Assembly (NCBI RefSeq): GCF_009914755.1
Contig: NC_060944.1
Origin: the human T2T-CHM13v2.0 reference genome, Homo sapiens
Strand: one strand, 5' to 3'
DNA length: 64,000 bases
Shown: positions 1 through 15,541 of the stretch, piece by piece
Layout: each line of letters starts with the position of its first letter
Position numbering within the stretch: the first letter of the stretch is position 1
Notes under the pieces: generated by a model
The model's database searches: none
What the model saw: only the letters and a program-made list of their open reading frames with translations
Told to the model about the DNA's origin: nothing
Translations under genes and position numbers: made by a program

Positions 1-3000
1 CCTGTAACTGCTGACTTTCCCCCACTTCCCTGACAACCTGCAACTCAGCAGAGGCAGCCATAATCCTGGGTACCCAACTCCAGTGATCTGGGAATCTCAC
101 CCCTACCCCCCACAGCAGCCACAGCAAGACCTGCTCAAGAAGAGTCTGAGTTCAGACACGCCTAGCCCCACCCCCACCTGATGGTCCTTCCCTGTACACC
201 CTGGTAGCAGATGACAAAGAGCATATAATCTTGGGCGTTCTAGGGCCCCGCTCACTGCCAGTCCCTCTCTATATTACTACAGCTGATGCTTTCTGTAAAG
301 CACCACCTCCTGGCAGGAGGCCAACCAGCACAAAAATAGAGCATTAAACCACCAAAGCTAAGAACCCTCATGGAGTCCATTGCACCCCACTGCCACCTCC
401 ACTGGAACAGGCCCAGGTATACACAGTGAGAGACCCACAGATGGTTCACATCACAGGACTCTGTGCAGACAACCCCCAACACCAGCCTGGAGCCTGGTAG
501 ACTCGCTGGGTGACTAGATCCAGAAGAGAGACAACAATCACTGCAGTTTGGCTCATAGGAAGCCATAGGAAAAGGGGGAGAGTACTTTCCTTTTCCATAG
601 GAAAAGGGGGAGAGTACTACATTAAGGGAATACCCCATAGGACAGAAGAATCTGAACAACAGCCTTCTGCCCTAGACCTTCCCTCTGACAGAGCCTATCC
701 AAATGAGAAGGAACCAGAAAACCAACCCTGGTAATATGACAAAACAAGGCTCTTTGACACCCCCAGAAAGTCACACGAGTTCACCAGCAATGGATCCAAA
801 CCAAAAAGAAATCCCTGATTTACCTGAAAAAGAATTCAGGAGGTTAGTTATTAAGCTAATCAGGGAGGGACCAGAGAAAGGTAAAGCCCAATGCAAGGAA
901 ATCCAAAAAATGATACAAGAAGTGAAGGGAGAAATATCCAAGGAAATAGATGCTTAAATAAAAAAACAACATAAATTCAGGAAACTTTGGACACACTTTT
1001 TAGAAATGTGAAATGCTCTGGAAAGTCTCAGTAATAGAATTGAACAAGTGGAAGAAAGAAATTCAGAGCTCAAAGACAAGGTCTTTGAATTAATCCAATC
1101 CAACAAAGACAAAGGAAAAAGAATAAGAAAATATGGACAAAGTCTCCAAGAAGTCTGGGATTATGTTAAACTACCAAACTTAAGAATAATTGATGTCCCT
1201 GAGAAAGAAGAGAATTCTAACAGCTTGGAAAGCATATTCTGGGGAATAATCAAGGAAAACTTCCCCAGCCTTTTTAGAGACCTGGACATCCAACTACAAG
1301 AAGCACAAAGAACACATGGAAAATTCATCACAGAAAGATCGTCACCTAGGCACATCGTCATCAGGTTATCCAAAGTTAAGACAAAGGAAAGAATCTTAAG
1401 AGTTATGAGACAGAAGCACCAGGTAACCTATAAAGGAAAACCTATCAGATTCACAGCAGATTTCTCAGCAGAAACCCTACAAGCTAGAAGGGATTGGGGC
1501 CCTATCTTCAGCCTTCGCAAACAAAACAATTATCAGCCAAGAATTTTGTAGCCCCCAAAACTAAGCATCATATATGAAGGAAAGATACAGTTGTTTTCAG
1601 ACAAACAAATGCTGAGAGAATTTGCCATTACCAAGCCACCATTACAAGAACTGCTAAAAGGAGCTCTAAATCTTGAAACAAATCATGGAAACACATCAAA
1701 ACAGAACCTCTTTAAAGCATAAATCACACAGGACCTATAAAACAAAAATATATGTTAAAAAGCTAAAACACAAAAACAAAAAACCACAGTACACAGGCAA
1801 CGAAAAGCATGATGAATGCAACGGTACCTCACGTTTCAATACTAACATTGAATGTAAATGGCCTAAATGTTCCACTTAAAAGATACAGAACTGGCCTGGC
1901 ATGGTGGCTCATGCCTGTAATCCCAGCACTTTGGGAGGCTGAGGTGGGTGGATCACGAGGTCAGGAGATTGAGATCATCCTGGCTAACACGGTGAAACCC
2001 CATCTCTACTAAAAATACAAAAAATTATTCGGGCATGATGGCAGGTGACTGTACTCCCAGCTACTCGGGAGTATAAGAGAATGGTGTGAACCTGGGAGGT
2101 GGAGCTTGTAGTGAGCGGAAATCGCGCCACTGCACTCCAGCCTGGGTGGCAGAGTGAGACTCCGTCTCAAAAAAAAAAAAAAAAAAAGATACAGAACCAC
2201 AGAATGGCTAAGAACTCACCAACCATCAGCTGCCTTCAGGAGACTCACCTATCACATAAGGACTCACATAAACTAAAATAAAGGAGAGGAAACAGGCATT
2301 TCATACAAATGGACACCAAAAGCAAGAGAAAAAACAAATTTTAAAGCAACAGCAGTTAAAAGAGACAAAGAGGGATGGTACATTATATAACGGTAAAAGG
2401 CCTTCTCCAACAGGAAAATATCACAATTCTAAACATATACGCACCTAACGCTGGAGCTCCCAAATTTATAAAATAATTACTAATAGACCTAAGAAATGAA
2501 GTAGACAGCAACGCAATAATAGTGGGGGACTTCAATACTCCACTGACAGGTCATCAAGACAGAAAGTCAACAAAGAAACAATGGATTTAAAGCATACCTT
2601 GGAACAAATAGACTTAACAAATATGTACAGACCATTTCATCCAATAACTGTAGAATATACATTGTATTCAACAGCACATGGAACTTTCTCCAAGATAGAT
2701 CATATGATAGGCCATAAAACGAGCCTCAATAAAGTTAAGGAAATTGAAATTATATCAAGCACTCTCTCTGACCACAGTGGAATAAACCTGGAAATCAACT
2801 CCAAAAGGAACCTTCAGAACCGTGCAAATACATGGAAATTAAATAATCTGCTCCTGAATGAACATTAGGTCAAAAACAAAATCAAGATGGAAATTTTAAA
2901 AACCTTCGAACTGAATGACAATAATGACACAACCTATCAAAACCTCTGAGATACAGCAAAGGTAGTGTTAAGAGGAAAGTTCCTAGCCCTAAGTGCCTAC

Positions 3001-5545
3001 ATCAAAACGACTGAAAGAGCACAAACTGACATTCTAAGGTCACACCACAAGGAACTAGAGAAACAAGAACAAACCAAACCCAAACCCAGCAGAAGAAAGG
3101 AAATGACCAAGATCAGACCAGAACTAAATGAAATTGAAACAACAACAACAAACAGAATACGTAAGATAAATGAAACAAAAAGCTGGTTCTTTGAAAAGAT
3201 AAATAAAATTGATAGACCATTAGCAAGATTAACCAATAAAAGAAGAGAGAAAATCCAAATAACCTCACTAAGAAATGAAACAGGAGATGTTACAACTGAC
3301 ACCACTGAAACTCAAAAGATCATTCAAGGCTACTATGAACACCTCTATGCAAATAAGCTAGAAAACCTAGAAGAGATGGATAAATTCCTGGAAAAATACA
3401 ACCCTCCTAGCTTAAATCAGGAAGAATTAGATACCCTGAACAGACCCATAACAAGCAGTGAGATTGAAATGGCAATTTTAAAATTACCAACAAAAAAAAT
3501 TCCAGGACCAGATGGTTCAGAACAGAATTCTACCAGACATTCAAAGAATTGGTACCAGTCCTTTTGACACTATTCCACAATATAGAGAAAGAAAGAATCC
3601 TCCCTAATTCATTTTATGAAGCCAGCACCACCCTAATACCAAAAACAGAGAATCAAATCAAGAACTCAACCTTTTTTACAATAGCTGCAAAAAATAAAAT
3701 AAAATAAAATACTTAGAAACATACCTAACCAACCAGTCGAAAGACCTCTACAAGGAAAACTACAAAACACTGCTGAAAGAAATCATAGATGACACAAACA
3801 AGTGGAAACACATCCCATGCTTATGGATGGGTAGAATCAATATTGTGAAAATGACCACAATGCCAAAAGCAATCTACAAGTTCAACACAATCCCCATCAA
3901 AATACCACCATCATTCTTCACAGAATTAGAAAAAACAATTCTAAAATTTATATGGAACCAAAAAAAGAGCCCGCATAGCCAAAGCAAGACTAAGCAAAAA
4001 GAATAAATCTGGAGGCATCACACTATCTGATTTCAAACTATACTATGAGGCCATAGTCACCAAAATAGCGTGATACTGGTATAAAAATAGGCACATAGGC
4101 CAATGGAACAGAATAGAGAACCCAGAAATAAACCCAAATACTTACAGCCAACTGATCTTCAACAAAGCAAACAAAAATATAAAGTGAGGAAAGGACACCC
4201 TTTTCAACAAACGGTGCTGGGATAATTGGCAAGCCACATGTAGGAGAATGAAACTGGACCCTCATCTCTCATCATATACAAAAATTAACTCAAGGTGGAT
4301 TAAGGGCTTAAACCTAAGACCTGTAACTATAAAAATTCTAGAAGACAACATTGGAAAAACCCTTCTAGACATTGGCTTAGGCAAGGATTTCATGACCAGG
4401 AACCCAAAATCAAATGCAATAAAAACAAAGATAAATAGCTGGGACCTAATTAAACTAAAGAGCTTTTGCACAGCAAAAGGAACAGTCAGCAAAGTAAACA
4501 GACAACCCACACAGTAGAAGAAAATCTTCAGAATCTGTACATCTGACAAAGGACTAATATCCAGAATCTACAACAAACTCAAACAAATCAATAAAAAAAA
4601 AACAAATAATCCCATCAAAAAGTGTGCTAAGGACGTGAATAGACAATTCTCAAAAGAAGATATACAAATGGCAAACAAACATATGAAAAAATGCTCAACA
4701 TCACTAACTATCAGGGAAATTCAAATCAAAACCACAATGTGATATCACCTTACTCCCGCAAGAATGGCCATATTCAAAAAATCAAAAAACAGTAGATGTT
4801 GGCATGGATGCGGCGTACAGGGAACGCTTCTACACTGCTGGTGGGAATGTAAACTAGTACAGCCACTATGGGAAACAGTCTGGAGATTCCTGAAAGAACT
4901 AAAAGTAGAACTACCATTTGATCCAGCAACCCCACTACTGGGTATCTACCCAGAGGAAAAGAAGTCATTATTTGAAAAAGATACTAGCATATGCATGTTT
5001 ATAGCAGCACAGTTCACAATAGCAAAATCGTGGAACCAACCCAAAGGCTCATCAATCAACAAGTGGATGAAGAAACTGTGGTATGTATATATATATAGAG
5101 AGAGAGATAGCTATATATAGATACATAGATATATCTATATACAGAGAGAAAGAGAATATATATATAGAATATATATAACAGTACAATGCTATGCAGCCAT
5201 AAAAATGAATGAATTAACAGCATTTGCAGTGACCTGGATGAGATTGGAGACTATTATTCTAAGTGAAGTAACTCAGGAATGGAAAACCAAACATCATATG
5301 TCTTCACTGATATGTGGGAGCTAAGCTACGAGGATGCAATGGCATAAAAATGATACAATGGACTTTGGGAACTTATGGGGAAGAGTAGGAGTGGGGCAAG
5401 GGATAAAAGATCACAAATATTGTGCAGTGTATACATACTGCTCGGGTGAAGGGTGCACCAAAATCTCACAAATCACCACTAAAGAACTTACTTAAGTAAT
5501 CAAATACCATCTGTACCCCAATAACTTATGGAAAAATAAATAAAA
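1..5545 (+). mobile_element. Decayed near-full-length LINE-1, L1PB-like (5' UTR runs off the window start)
   Basis: ORF1 remnants (703..957 MRRNQKTNPGNMTKQ, 1048..1551 ...HQVTYKGKPIR), ORF2 endonuclease and C-terminal remnants (1809, 2581, 2965, 4248, 4764), and an L1PB-type 3' end (aaaatctcacaaatcaccactaaagaac...ataacttatggaaaaataaa). Many stops and frameshifts. Confidence 0.92.
1893..2187 (+). mobile_element. Alu inserted in L1 ORF2
   Basis: Alu dimer with A-tail; target-site duplication AAAAGATACAGAAC at 1878..1891 and 2184..2197; TT/AAAA target. Confidence 0.95.
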
Positions 5546-5934
5546 AATTAAAATACATATGAAAAGGCTTCTTAAGAAATCAAATATTCTCAGTTTTCAC
5601 AGCATCTAGTCCATGCCCAGCCCAGGTAGAGAAGAGGGTCAGGGACATCTGGCTGATAGGAACCTGAGGCAGCTTGCAAGAGGGAGGCCCCACTAGACAA
5701 AAAGTGCTCCCCAGCAGACCATGGGCTCCGTGTGGACAGGGACCTTGTCTTGTTCACTGCTGTGTCTTCAGCACTAAGAATAGTGCCCAGTACACAATGG
5801 GCATTCAAGAAATATTTGCTGAAAGAACTAAATATTTAAACTAAAATACTAGGAGATTATAGGTATGGGCATAGCAAGGATCTCCCCTCGAGTGGAATTC
5901 CAACTTGCAAAAGCATGCTTGTCACACTGGCAGT

Positions 5935-6175
5935 CCTATTAGGGTGTCTCAACCTGGGCACTATTGACATCTGGGGCCGATCATCCCCTACAGTGGGGAC
6001 TGTCCTGTGCGTCATGGGGTGTTAACAGCATCCCTGGCTTCTATTCTCTAGATGCCAGTACAACGACCTCTGCAAGTTGTACCAACTACATGGGTCTCCA
6101 GACTTTTCCAAAATGTCTACTGTGGGACAAAATCACCTTCTCTTCCTCTCCACGCTCACACAGTGAGAGCCACCG
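5935..6175. mobile_element. MER20-like hAT-Charlie DNA transposon relic
   Basis: ctcaacctgggcactattgacat...ggggactgtcctgtgc...tagatgccagta resembles MER20; a second fragment lies at ~8570..8695. Confidence 0.7.
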
Positions 6176-7614
6176 AGTCCCACACAGCAGTGCCTAATCC
6201 ATGTTAAAACATGGTCTGAGAGCCTCAGAGACTTTTGCTGGAACAAGGAAGTGTGCACCAGGATGCTCTGCTTGCCTTCCTTTCCTGTATGAAATTGATC
6301 AGCTCCGTTTCAGGAGAAACGAGAAGGAGGCAGGAGGACTCTGCAGCTTACCACGAGGTGATTCTGGCTCCAGGCACCACTGGGGCTGGGAAAAGGCCTT
6401 GAAGTTCAAGCCATGTTGATTTCTGCAAAACTTGCCAAGTGCATTTTTCCAAGTGTATGGCTGTGGTAACATCTGGATTTGATCTGAAATGAGGGCTGTC
6501 TTCTCTCACCCTGGGATGCAAAACCAATTCCAGTCTAAACCACAGTATTTAACATTTTAAATGAAAGTTGCTGGAACAGGAGTAAGCCACACCATTTTTG
6601 TCGTTACAAAAGGCTGGAGAGGAAAGAATGCTTCTTTCATCAAAAATATTACTGAATTAAAGAAAAATAAAGATCATGGTTTCTCTTACTTTGTATGTGT
6701 GTGATATTAACAAGGAACAAGCAGTGAAGAGAGCCTACAGACATCAAAGAATTTTGTAAATGGCACAGTGAAGCAAGCCCCTGTACACTTAGAATCTCAT
6801 TCCCCCAAGAGAGATTCTTCTCAGAATTTTCTCTTCAAATACACGTGTTCAGCAGAAACAAGTCCACCTTCCTAATGAACTACAAGGAACAGCACAGAAG
6901 TCAGTGAGGGCCTTGAGTTCAAAACAGCCTCTCACATTCACCCTTCCTCCCCTCTTTCAAACACAAAGAGGAACAAGGGTGTTTTGATCTTAAATGTCAC
7001 ATCTGCTCCGTGGCATTCCTCATCCTGCTCCTTGACAGAATATCAGAGGAAAGGTCAATCACAAGAGAATGTTCAATTCCAGATTGTGAAAGGAAAGTTC
7101 AGGTTGGTGTTCATGGAGCATTTTGCTTGAATGTGACCTATACCTTACAGGCAAGGGAGCATGCAGGGGTTAGAGAGTACTCTAGAAGGTCCTTTTTAAA
7201 ATATATTTCCAAGGCACAGGACATTTTCTTCAGACAAAATGTTACATAGATACTCAGTAAAAAGAAGAAATAAAAGGAGCCTTTTTCAGAGAAATGGAAT
7301 GTCTAGAATCCAATGCTCAGCCTGCCACTGTTCCAAAACCTCAGCACATGCACCAAAATAACCTGGAGCTCTCTGCTCTGGGATCTGAGGTTTTTCCTTT
7401 GGTGTTTGGTTGCTCCACGGACTTGCAAGTGACCCTCCCTGCATCTCGAGCTAGCAGCTGTCTACTCGCCCTCCCGCTCCCATCCCCTTCTCGCCTTCTC
7501 CACCCTGCTCTGTGCCCTAGGAGCTGACCTCTAAGAACTGTCTTACCCAAGCTCCCTTTAACCCTGGTTTCCAGCTGGGAGTGGCCAATGGGAGGCAGCA
7601 GCTGGAGGAAAGAG

Positions 7615-7996
7615 TGGCCACGGTATTTCTTCCCCACACATTGGTCTGCTCAAAGCACCATGGACCATGGGACTTCAACAACAGAAGTGTATTTTCTCAT
7701 GATTCAAGAGGCTGGAAGTTCAGTATTAAGTTGCTGGCATGGTTTGTTTCCTCTGAGACCCCTCCCCTTGGCTTGCAGGTGGATGTCTCTTGCTGCCCCT
7801 TCACAGGGTCATCCTCTGTCTACGGTGCCTCTTTCGCTTCTTATAAGGATGCTAGGCAAATTGGATTAGAGTCCACCCTAACAGCCTTCTTTTAATTCTG
7901 TCACTTTGTTAAAGACCCTATCTCTAAATACAGTCACATTCTGAAGGACAGAGGGCTAGGACTTCAACATATAAATCTGAGGGGACACCGTTCATT
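7615..7996 (-). mobile_element. MaLR (MLT1-like) solo LTR
   Basis: Typical antisense MLT1 text (aaagaccctatctctaaatacagtcacattctg...gggctaggacttcaacatat). Confidence 0.7.
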
Positions 7997-9117
7997 CCAT
8001 CACTCCCCTTTCCCACCTTCCTAGGCTCTGACCTGACAGTGGCCACACCCCCCACAGATACAGTATCTGCCAAGCAGGCCCTGCTCGTGGAGACGGTTCT
8101 CCATTTCTTCCTCCACCCCCGAGTGAAGCATTTTGAAAGTTTCCTATAAAGAGTCCCTGGGAGGGACATCCTATATTGGTTCCCTCAACCCAGCCCATAG
8201 CACTGTGCATAGGTCCTTCATTCATTCTTCTCAGTTAAGCCCTTTTCAGTGGGTCTTCCAAGGAATGGCTAAGGAATGGGCTTGACCCTTCCCTAAATTG
8301 TCGCTATAATTTTGCAGCAAGATGAAAGGACCCAGGGAAGCAAGTGGTAGGTATGTGTGGGCAGTGGAGGGATTCTCAACACATTGAAGGCCCTCTTTAT
8401 AACCACATCACTAGGTGATGACTTCACCTCCAATTCCAAAGTTCTGTGAAAAAACTGTTTAGATGTGTACCTGGCTGTGTGTGTGAAAATTACAGAGCAC
8501 AAAGGTATTTGCAGTCATGTGCATTTGCAAGATAGTCATCTCTATAATTTGCCTAAGACAGGGAACCTGTTCCCAACCTTGGAACTATTGCACAATCAAC
8601 ATTTTGGCCCAGATATTTCTCTTTTGTGGGAGCTGTCTTGTGCATTATAGGATGTTCAGTAGCATCCAACTCCCAAGTTGTGGCAACTAAAAATTAAGGC
8701 TGGTGGCTGTGTGTCCTCCATTTAGGGAAGACTTGGGCAAAAGGAACCTCTGCCACAATCCCAGTGCTTTAGAAAGCCTGGCTCTCATCTTCCTCCACCC
8801 TCCCCATATTCCCCTTTCCACTAGAGGTGTCCATGCAACAAAAAGGATGTACCCACCCAGGGCCCAGAGCCCTCTTCAAGAATCCCCTCTAGTTACTTGG
8901 GTCCAGAATTGCCTGCCAAATGACCCACACCAACTTCCAAAGACTGACTGGGTCTCTTTCCTGGGTTTGATACATGCTAATGTGTAAGGTGACAAAGGGG
9001 TGGCTATTTTTATGGGGTATGGATGAAGCTTGGCTGTACCTGCTGATCCAGGTATTTACACGTGCATGTCCAAGCTTGCCCATGATGCAGAACAGAGCAG
9101 GAAGATAAACAGGGTGT

Positions 9118-9513
<396 letters not shown>

Positions 9514-11472
9514 TTACGTACTAGGTCATTATGGAGGTGTATTCGTGAAAGTAGAAGGCCCAGATGGTGCTATTTAGCACTCTGTCAGATTGATGCATGA
9601 CCATTAAACACGTAGATATACAGAATGTGGATCTCCATTTATACTCTAGACAAATGTCTTACTCAAATGGCCACACAAATGTTAGGGGCAGGTGCCTGGC
9701 GCTCATATCTGAACAGCCTCAGAGAGCAGGGAAGGACTGGTTCCTGGGCCATCTGGGCATATGGGGTATCTGGAAGTGCAGCCATTTTGGTACCCCAAAG
9801 TGACACATAAACACCATATTGAGCACCAAACCTTCAAGGGTGGCATTGAGGTTAGAAGAGATTTCAAGAAGCCTGGCAGCCAGATGTGAGGAATAGCACA
9901 ACAGTGACCTGTGTGCATCAGTGCCTGGAGACCAGAACAAGGGCAATGGGAGTCTCAGAGGGCACCCAAATGAACAATGGCATCAAGAGCCAGATAGCTG
10001 CAAAGTTTAATTGCTCAGTGCTGTGTAAGCCCCCAGAAACACAGACACAACATCAGAAGAGATCAATGTTCTACCACATTGGTACCAATGGGTCTTAAAC
10101 TAGAAATTAAGTGGAATCAGAACAAAGTCAAGGTTTATCACCGGCACACCTGAGTCATGTTTGAAGGGGCACTCAGGCTACCCACAGGCTTTGTGCTCAG
10201 CCTCACGGCACTGTCCAGCATAAGGTACATGTTTAGCAATGGTTTTTGAACTGTGGTTACTAAACTCGAGTTTTTTAATCTATCTGCATTTCAAAGTGCT
10301 TGGTTTGGATTTGGGGGTAAAAAATGTGGTCCTTGATATGCCAGTGCATTAAGGTCAAGCCTTCCCTGAAGAACATTCACATTTTTTTCTACATAGAAGT
10401 GGAATCTAGCTTGTTGGTTGTCTGAGAGACAAAATGTATTGCTTTGTACCATTTAAATGTTAAGAGGGTTTTCATGTTTTTCTGCAAAAAGCCTATTTAC
10501 CCTGCACTGAGTTTCCCCGGCCTCACAGTATCACAGGTTAGGGAGTTCCCTTTCATTAAACGGTTCTTTAGACCATGAAATTTTCTTGTTTTGCTTTCTA
10601 CCAAATTCCAAATTAATTCCAGTCCAAGGTTTAATAGATCAGATCCATGAGGTCATTGTAACTTCATATTTTATATTAAGCATGACTACTATTAATTGAG
10701 GGCCAGCTTTGTGATATGCATGCTCTATACATTGTCTCTAATCCTCCTAGATCTCCCAAGGTAAGTAGCATTTTTCCTAACAACAGAACTGAGGCTAAGT
10801 GAAATCACATAGGAAAGCTAGAACCTGAACATAAGTCTCCATGGTCTCAAAGCCTGAACTCACCACTACAGCATATAGCAATTGTACCCTCATTATCTGA
10901 GGTTTCAATTTTGCAATGTCCATATTTTAAGTTTTACATCATTTTCCTGCTCCTAATTGCCCAGAGTCATAGTGGACTGCGTACAAGCTTCATTTCTCCC
11001 TCCAAGGTTTTGCAGAGAAAAATTCTATTGTTTGGCCCAGGAGCCCCAGGTATCATTTAGGGTGTGGGAACAAAGTGAAATAGGTACTTCCTTTACAATG
11101 ATGCCAGGCACCTCTCCTCCTTCCAGATACAACACATCTCTGTGTCTTAGATCTTAGCTGCACCTGGGACAAAGGCTGTTCTCTGCAGAAAGAAGCTAAG
11201 AGATCAGAGTAGTTGAAGGTATTGCAGGTGTGCCCACTCCAACACTGGGGCATGCCCAGCTCCTTTGGAAAACTCATGTGAATAAGAGCCTCAGCAATTC
11301 AGGAAAGTGAAGCATGCTGACAAGCAAGGGTCAAAGTAAAAAAGGTAAGAAAGAGTACTTTTTTTATTAAATATAATTCATTTAGCATCGAATTCACCCT
11401 TTTAACATGTACGATTCATTGGTTTTTAGAATATTCACTAAGTTGTGCAACCATCAGCACTATCTAACTCTA

Positions 11473-11787
<315 letters not shown>

Positions 11788-11821
11788 AGGAAGAAAGGAA
11801 GAGAAAGAGAGAGAGAGAGAG

Positions 11822-11888
<67 letters not shown>

Positions 11889-11955
11889 GAAAGAAAGGAA
11901 GGAAGGAAGGAAGGAAGGAAGGAAGGAAGGAAGGAAGAAAGAAGAAAAGAAAAAA
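11788..11955 (+). repeat. Compound purine microsatellite (GA)n/(GAAA)n/(GGAA)10
   Basis: Read directly; ten consecutive GGAA at 11897..11936. Confidence 0.97.
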
Positions 11956-12747
11956 CAACCTCATGCTCATTCGTGGTGAGTCTCTATGTTCCTTTTCCCC
12001 CAACTCCTGTGAACCATTAATCTACTTTCAGTCTTTAATGGAGTTGCTTATTCTAAACTTTGTATGTAAATAGAATCATGAACTATTTAGCCTTTTATGT
12101 CTGGTCATTTTCACTTGCCATAATATTTTCAGTGTTTACCTGTCTTGTAATGTGTGTCCATACTTTAGTCCTTTTTTGGCTAAACAATTGTATGGATATA
12201 GCACATTTTTAATCCATTCACTAATTGCTAGACATGTAGGGATTTTTTCCACTTTTTTACTATTATGAAAAATGCTACTAGGAAAATTTGTGTACAGGTT
12301 GTTATGTGGACATATTTCTTCAGTTCTTTTGGGCATATATCTAGGTGTGGAACTTCTGGATCATATGATAACTCTACGTCTATAACTTTTTGAAGAAATC
12401 CCAAACTGTTTTTCAAAATGACTGCACCATTTTATATTCCCACCAGCAAGGCATGAGGGCTTCCATTTCTCCATATCCTTGCCAACACTTGTCATTGTTC
12501 ATCTTTTATATTATAAACACTCTAGTGGGTATAAAGTGGGTTTGGTTTTTATTTGCATTCCCTGGAAGACTAAAGCCAACACGCCCAGTGCATGACTTCT
12601 TTTGCAGGGAACTGTCCGTCACAGAGGTGCTGAAATCATCTGGGTTGAGGAGATGTGGCATGAGGCATCACAGCCTCTGCCTTCAAATGTTATGCCAGAA
12701 TAAGACATCAGAGGAGTCTTGAAGGTACAGAAAGAATTTGCCAAGTC

Positions 12748-13049
12748 AGCCAGGCATGGCGGCTCACGCCTGTAATCCCAGCACTTCAGTAGGCTGAGGC
12801 GGGCAGATCACTTGAAGTCAGGAGTTTGAGACCAGCCTGGCCAACGTTGTAAAATCCCATCTCTACTAAAAATACAAAAATTAGCCAGGCATGATGGCAT
12901 GTGACTGTAATACCAGCTACTCAGGAGGCTGAGGGACAAGAATCACTTGAACTCAGGAGGCAGAGGTTGCAGTGGGCCGAGATCACACCACTGCACTCCA
13001 GGCTGGGAGACAGAGTGAGACTCTGTCTCAAAAAAAAAAAAAAAAAAAA
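12748..13049 (+). mobile_element. Alu
   Basis: Dimer with A-tail; flanking duplication AGAATTT(G/A)CCAAGT. Confidence 0.95.
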
Positions 13050-13863
13050 GAATTTACCAAGTAGATGAGAGATGAAGAAGAGCATTTCAGGCAGTGCAAA
13101 CGGTATATGCAGAAATGTAAAGGCAGAACACAGAATGGCACATTTGACATGTTACATTAGTTCTGAAGGCTCGGTGTAGAATATGCAAAAGGAGAATAAT
13201 AAGTGAGGAGGTTGAAGAGGTACACCAAGGCCAGATCACAGAGTGCCATGTATGCTATACTAAAATATTAGAGCTTTATGCCATAGGCAATGGGAAGCTA
13301 CTAGAGACTTTTTAATCAGTGAAATAAATGACAAGGCAAAGAGTTTAAAAAAAGAACTTTCTGTGTGAGGAATAACAGGGAGGGAGATAAGGAGATCAGT
13401 AAGGCTGAGGTGGGTGTTCAGGAGAGAAATAACCAAGGTCAAAGCTGAAAGACAAAATAAGGGACCTTTTCTAGGACATATTCCTAACCTGCTACAAAGG
13501 TTGGTGTCCTGCATTTCAGCAGGACCTGGGAGTTTTGTTATCTGTATATTGGTATTAATGTGATCTCAGTTGTATCTTCAGGCTGGGGAGGTCTGGGAGA
13601 ATACTTAATGAAATGCTGATTGTTTTCAATAGGAAAATACACTTCAACTGGACTACAGTAACCAAGAACCTTTCTTCTGTGTTATTAAGACACAAAAGGC
13701 AAGATTTCAGCTCATACTCTTTTAACCAAGCCAGAATTAACTTTTTGTTATAACTGAAGAAGCAATAAACCTCAAGGCTTGGATAGTCCCTATCTGTTTG
13801 CATTTACTCTTCAATTTCCTGCCTGAATCACACCTCCACCTTCCCTTAAAGGTGAAAGCCTAT

Positions 13864-14257
<394 letters not shown>

Positions 14258-14782
14258 CTACTTTGACTGCCCAATATCTTGAGACTACTTCCTTACTGTG
14301 AAAGCAAGTCTCGAACCAAAAGCAGAGAAGAAAAATTAACTTGCAAATAAGTTGCAAAGGAATCTAAGATTTGGGAGTTCCAGCTCATCAAGTAAAAACA
14401 CAGCAAGTATTTAAAATAAAAAACCGCACAAGATAATCAAGATTTTCAAGTTTACAATTAGTTTCTTTGTAGTAAAATAAAAAAATAGCACCTTTCTCAG
14501 GTGATTATTATACCTCTAAAGGTTGTGACATATCTTCCCATATCAGCCTTACAAAAATCAATGATAAAAATGTCTTGTTAGGGAGTCAATAACCTATGTA
14601 AAATCCTCAAAGTTCCATTTATTTTGAGTGCTAAAACTAAACAGGGTTACCTGGTATATTGGTTTGTTTTCTGGTGCAATATGTTTGCTTGTTGGCCATG
14701 GAATATGATTTGCACACATATTTGTAATGGTGGCAAGGCAAAATTTTAGTTTTCACCTTTTGGTGGTTTCAGGCTGCATCGA

Positions 14783-15541
14783 TGAAACTGCCTTTAAAAA
14801 TTATGACAATAAGAGAAACCTGACATAACTGACTCCATCTTGATTCTAACCTCTAAGCTGCCCTTGTTCATTCCTGGGCATAGGCCAACCTAACTTTGGG
14901 AGGAATTTAGTCCATAGTTTCATCTTAAAGCAAAGATGACAATAGCCTTTCCCAAAACTACCCCCAACCTTGTTCAAGACTAAAACTGCCTTTGTTAAAA
15001 AAAAAAAAAAAACTAACTAAAGGCCACAAGAATAGGATTATGAGAGGGGCCTGAATTCTGTCAAGATGTAGGCATAAATGATAACCAGCCATTGTTCTGG
15101 AGGTCACAAGATTTGTAACTTCTCCAATCACTCCTATAGATAATATCACTATTGTAGAACCTAAGATTGGTATTTTGAGATTTTTTCAGACTTCTGCATT
15201 TCTCCAAACGAATGACCTCACCCCAGATCTAGGACTCCTGACTCAACTAGTCCTGTGGTCCCTACCTAGAGGCTGACTCAGGACAAAAGGACCGCCTTCC
15301 ACACCCCTGTGATTTCATCCCGATCCAATCAGCTGCACCCATTCCCTAGTCCCCTGCCCACCAAATCATCCTTTAAAAGTCCGGTCTCTAAATTTTCAGA
15401 GAGACTGATTCAAGTAATAAACCCTTGTCCTTTCACGTGGCTAACTTTGCATTAATTAAACTCTTTCTTTACTGCAATACTTCTGTCAGCAAATCAGCTC
15501 TGCCTGTGCAGTGGGCGAGGGGAATCCATCAGGCAATTACA
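14783..15541 (+). mobile_element. ERV1 solo LTR, LTR8-like
   Basis: Starts TGAAACTGCCTTT...actgactccatcttg and ends GGCAATTACA, giving TG...CA termini. Confidence 0.8.
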
